DNA of 64,000 nt from Phoronis australis (taxonomy: Eukaryota > Animalia > Phoronida): the NCBI GenBank assembly GCA_002633005.1, contig NMRA01000537.1, forward strand, positions 124,001 to 188,000. Direction: 5' to 3'. This document shows positions 61,201-64,000 of this stretch, in pieces. The notes beneath the pieces are model-generated. The model was not told the DNA's origin. It saw only the letters and a list, made by a program, of their open reading frames with translations, and did no database searches. The translations under genes and the position numbers were made by a program. Position 1 is the stretch's first letter, and each line of letters opens with the position of its first letter.

Positions 61201-64000
61201 GCCTTGCACGAGTTCGCTAAAAACGTTGATCAGGCTTGCCCGGCGTATTTTTCTGACTTCGAAAGGATTTCCCTCCAAACTTTTGAGGGCTGTCCAGGGT
61301 TATGGAGCATTATTTTGTTTCACGGAATTGGTTGGGAATGTCATTTTTAATATCTGTTAATAGGACAAAACCGGCGTGCCTTCAGTAACCCTAGGACCTA
61401 GCTAAAATGTAACGGAAGTCACGTGTTCTCATTCAAAATACGCCGCAACATCTCACGAAATTACATGTGGTGTTCTGGAAGGCCTCGGGAGTGAAGAAAA
61501 ATCTGAAACGGTATTTTCTTAGCCTCGAATTTTCCCAGCGTAGATGAACGTTATCTGTGTGTGTGCGGTTTTCAGTAGTACGTGACTTTCAAACTAAAGA
61601 ATGCTGGCCATATGACGGAAGTTAGCAAATAGAAAAACAACGTTCACCTCCGAGGAAACTTATGATATTGCAAAAATATTCGATGTTTTCTAAACTCTAA
61701 AGAAGGTCTGACATGGAATCAAAACCTGATTGCTCAACCTGACTGAGTTCACCAGTCAGCTTAGGTGGAACTTACGGAGAGGTCCGTTATGCGACATTAC
61801 TGTGGTACTATATAACAGTACATTGTTGTATTATATTCCATGTATTCTAATAATTGCAAAGGTGAGTCACGGCGGCATCTGGCGTTTTACAGTGGAATGT
61901 ACATACTCCATATAATGAATTGCTTTCAGTCACTACAGCTCCAGTGTGCCGCGCAAAAGCGGACGTCGTTTTCCTATTGGACAGCTCCCGCAGCATGGGG
62001 TATTCCAACTTCAAACTATGCAAGAAGTTAGCTGCTGAAGTCATCAACAGTTTTGCTATTAGCGCTTATGAAATTCAAGTAGGGCTGGTGAGCTTCAGCG
62101 ACGATGCTTATTTAGAATTCCACTTGAATTCGTACAGCACCATACATGACATCCAAGCCGCGGTTAGGAAGATTCCTTACTATGGAAGAGGAACTTCGAC
62201 GCACTCTGCTATCAAAATGATGCGACAAACGATGTTTCTGCCACAAAATGGCGATAGGTCAGATGCGCCAAACATCGCCATCTTATTGACGGATGGGATT
62301 TCAAGTTATCCTGTACAAACGATATTAGAAGCTGACAAGACGAGATCGATGAAAATTGTTACTCACATCATGGCCATAGGGGTAGGCTTGGGCATCATAC
62401 CTCTAGAGCTGTCACAGGTCGCTGACAAACCAACATCTAAATGGGTAACATTGGTCAAGAAGGTCGACGATTTGTTTGAAACAAAGAGCAGGATTGCCCA
62501 GCTTCTAGCATGCAAAGGTATTTTCTTTTACATAGATGTATGATCTTGTCTCTAACAAATGCTACCATGGTAGGTTTAGTCAGCATTTGATTGTGGATTT
62601 GTTTATGAACGTATTAGAGTGTTGCGCTGCTTAAAAATCATAAATAGCTGCGAAACTAGAAACACGATCAACAAATGTTTGTTTTGAAGTTCTTGTTAAC
62701 TGTTCCACATAGAATAGTAATTTATTGAATTATTGCTGCTTATTCTTCAAAAAACAAAATATTCTAGTATTCCATTTCTTTTGCAACACACGTCTATACA
62801 GATTACGCCTTTGTGTACTACTTTTGGGTCACTGCCTGCTCACTCCAATTGTCGTATACTAGTGTTTAGCTCGAAAAATAGTATCTGAATTATTTGGCTT
62901 CACACTCTGATTAGTCGTTTAACAAATTCGGGATGTGTAGACAAGGCTTGTTCAGAAGTCACGTACTAAAATGTGTCTCTGCAGTTTGGCAATAACCTTT
63001 TCTTAAACAGAACGCGTTTTAACGCATTTTTTTAAAAAGCCCTGTTGACACACTTTGATTTTCGCACATATGCTACTTTTGGATCGTTTTCAATATCAAC
63101 TTCGCACCATTTTTTTTTGTCCTAAAATCCACACGTTCCGATTAAACGTAAGCGGCAATCGTATACGACGTCGTATGCAAAAACAATCTGAGTGCATAGA
63201 CAGGGCTTTGGACGTCACGTGTTATATAACTATGGTTTGGCACCCCATCGCGAAAACAAATCTCCTGTCTACACACACTCCAACTTTCGTATGGATTCCT
63301 TATTTGACTTCATGTACGCATTGGATTCCTGTATACACATTACAATAGGCTTTTTAGCTCGAATTATCCCGTTGGAGCATCTGTCTGCACACTCCGATTA
63401 GTCGTATATAATTGTCATATGCATTTGTATACCATTTATCGTATACGAAAAATCAGAGAGCGTAGATGTGTTGATTTGTTTCAGATGTCAACGAATGTGA
63501 AAACAATAATGGCGGTTGTGACCATAAATGTATCAATACCGACGGGTCGTTCAAGTGTGAGTGTAATACAGGTTACATCATGGAAAACAACACGTGTGTA
63601 ATCGACCAACCGTGTCAGCGACTCTCTCATGGTTGTCCGCATTTTTGTGTTAGCATGGGTTCTTCGTACTTCTGTCTGTGTAAACCGGGTTATCAACTTG
63701 TTGGCGGGAAAAAATGCATTGATATCGATGAATGCCTGAACAACAACGGCGGATGTCGCCATGTCTGTGTTAACATAGCTGGGTCTTCTCATTGCAAGTG
63801 TAGACCCGGCTACAATCTCGTGAATGATACGGAATGCGAAGACAATAACGAATGCCTTATACAAAATGGCGGATGTGATCATGTCTGTATTAATTCGGTT
63901 GGATCCGTCAAATGTAAATGTAGACAGGGTTATAAATTGGTAAATGGAAAGAAATGCGAAGACTTGAACGAGTGTGTTATGAAAAACGGAGGCTGCGAAG
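55153..64000 (+). CDS. Gene B (partial): secreted matrilin-like protein SP-VWA-VWA-(EGF)n, continues beyond the window
   Basis: Exons 55153-55204, 58899-59483, 61930-62517 and 63485->64000, all joined by phase-1 GT-AG introns in an open frame. Confidence 0.8.
55729..56160. mobile_element. MITE with long imperfect TIRs
   Basis: tgcatgaaatagtccc..tagggactcaactaaggtccctaag pairs with cttagggaacttagtcgagtccctaattgggactgtttcatgca. Confidence 0.75.
58767..58830. repeat. (TG)n/(TGCG)n microsatellite
   Basis: Direct reading. Confidence 0.9.
58899..59483 (+). CDS. Gene B exon: von Willebrand factor A domain 1
   Basis: [16 protein letters not shown] (MIDAS DxSxS)..[35 protein letters not shown]. 585 nt, phase 1-1. 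Confidence 0.95.
61930..62517 (+). CDS. Gene B exon: von Willebrand factor A domain 2
   Basis: [44 protein letters not shown]. 588 nt, phase 1-1. Confidence 0.95.
63485..64000 (+). CDS. Gene B exon: tandem EGF/cbEGF array (truncated by window end)
   Basis: TTTCAG|AT, then [74 protein letters not shown]. Confidence 0.92.

Overview
Eukaryotic (invertebrate animal-like) genomic DNA: AT-rich, with GT-AG spliceosomal introns, one 253-N gap and several single-N contig joins. It holds three protein-coding loci on the + strand. (1) An apparently intronless C2H2 zinc-finger gene with a very long Asp-rich tract (7265-10781). (2) Gene A, a complete 14-exon secreted mosaic gene (26388-51596, ~1166 aa by my exon model): signal peptide - C-type lectin - 15 EGF - sushi/CCP - RYKR-containing linker - GCC2/GCC3 (ephrin-receptor-like) Cys repeat - C-type lectin. 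(3) The 5' part of gene B (55153 to window end), a tandem relative: signal peptide - VWA - VWA - EGF array, whose first EGF exon is nearly identical to that of gene A. The two genes thus share an EGF stalk but carry different N-terminal heads, joined by phase-1 introns. The rest is transposon debris: two copies of an ISL2EU/Harbinger-like non-autonomous element (one holding a young CR1/L2-type LINE fragment, the other a 32-bp TIR micro-element), many MITE and foldback elements, a Helitron-like end, SINE/LINE relics and micro/minisatellites. All exon models and family calls were made by eye and need alignment or RNA-seq confirmation. No rRNA, tRNA or CRISPR was seen.
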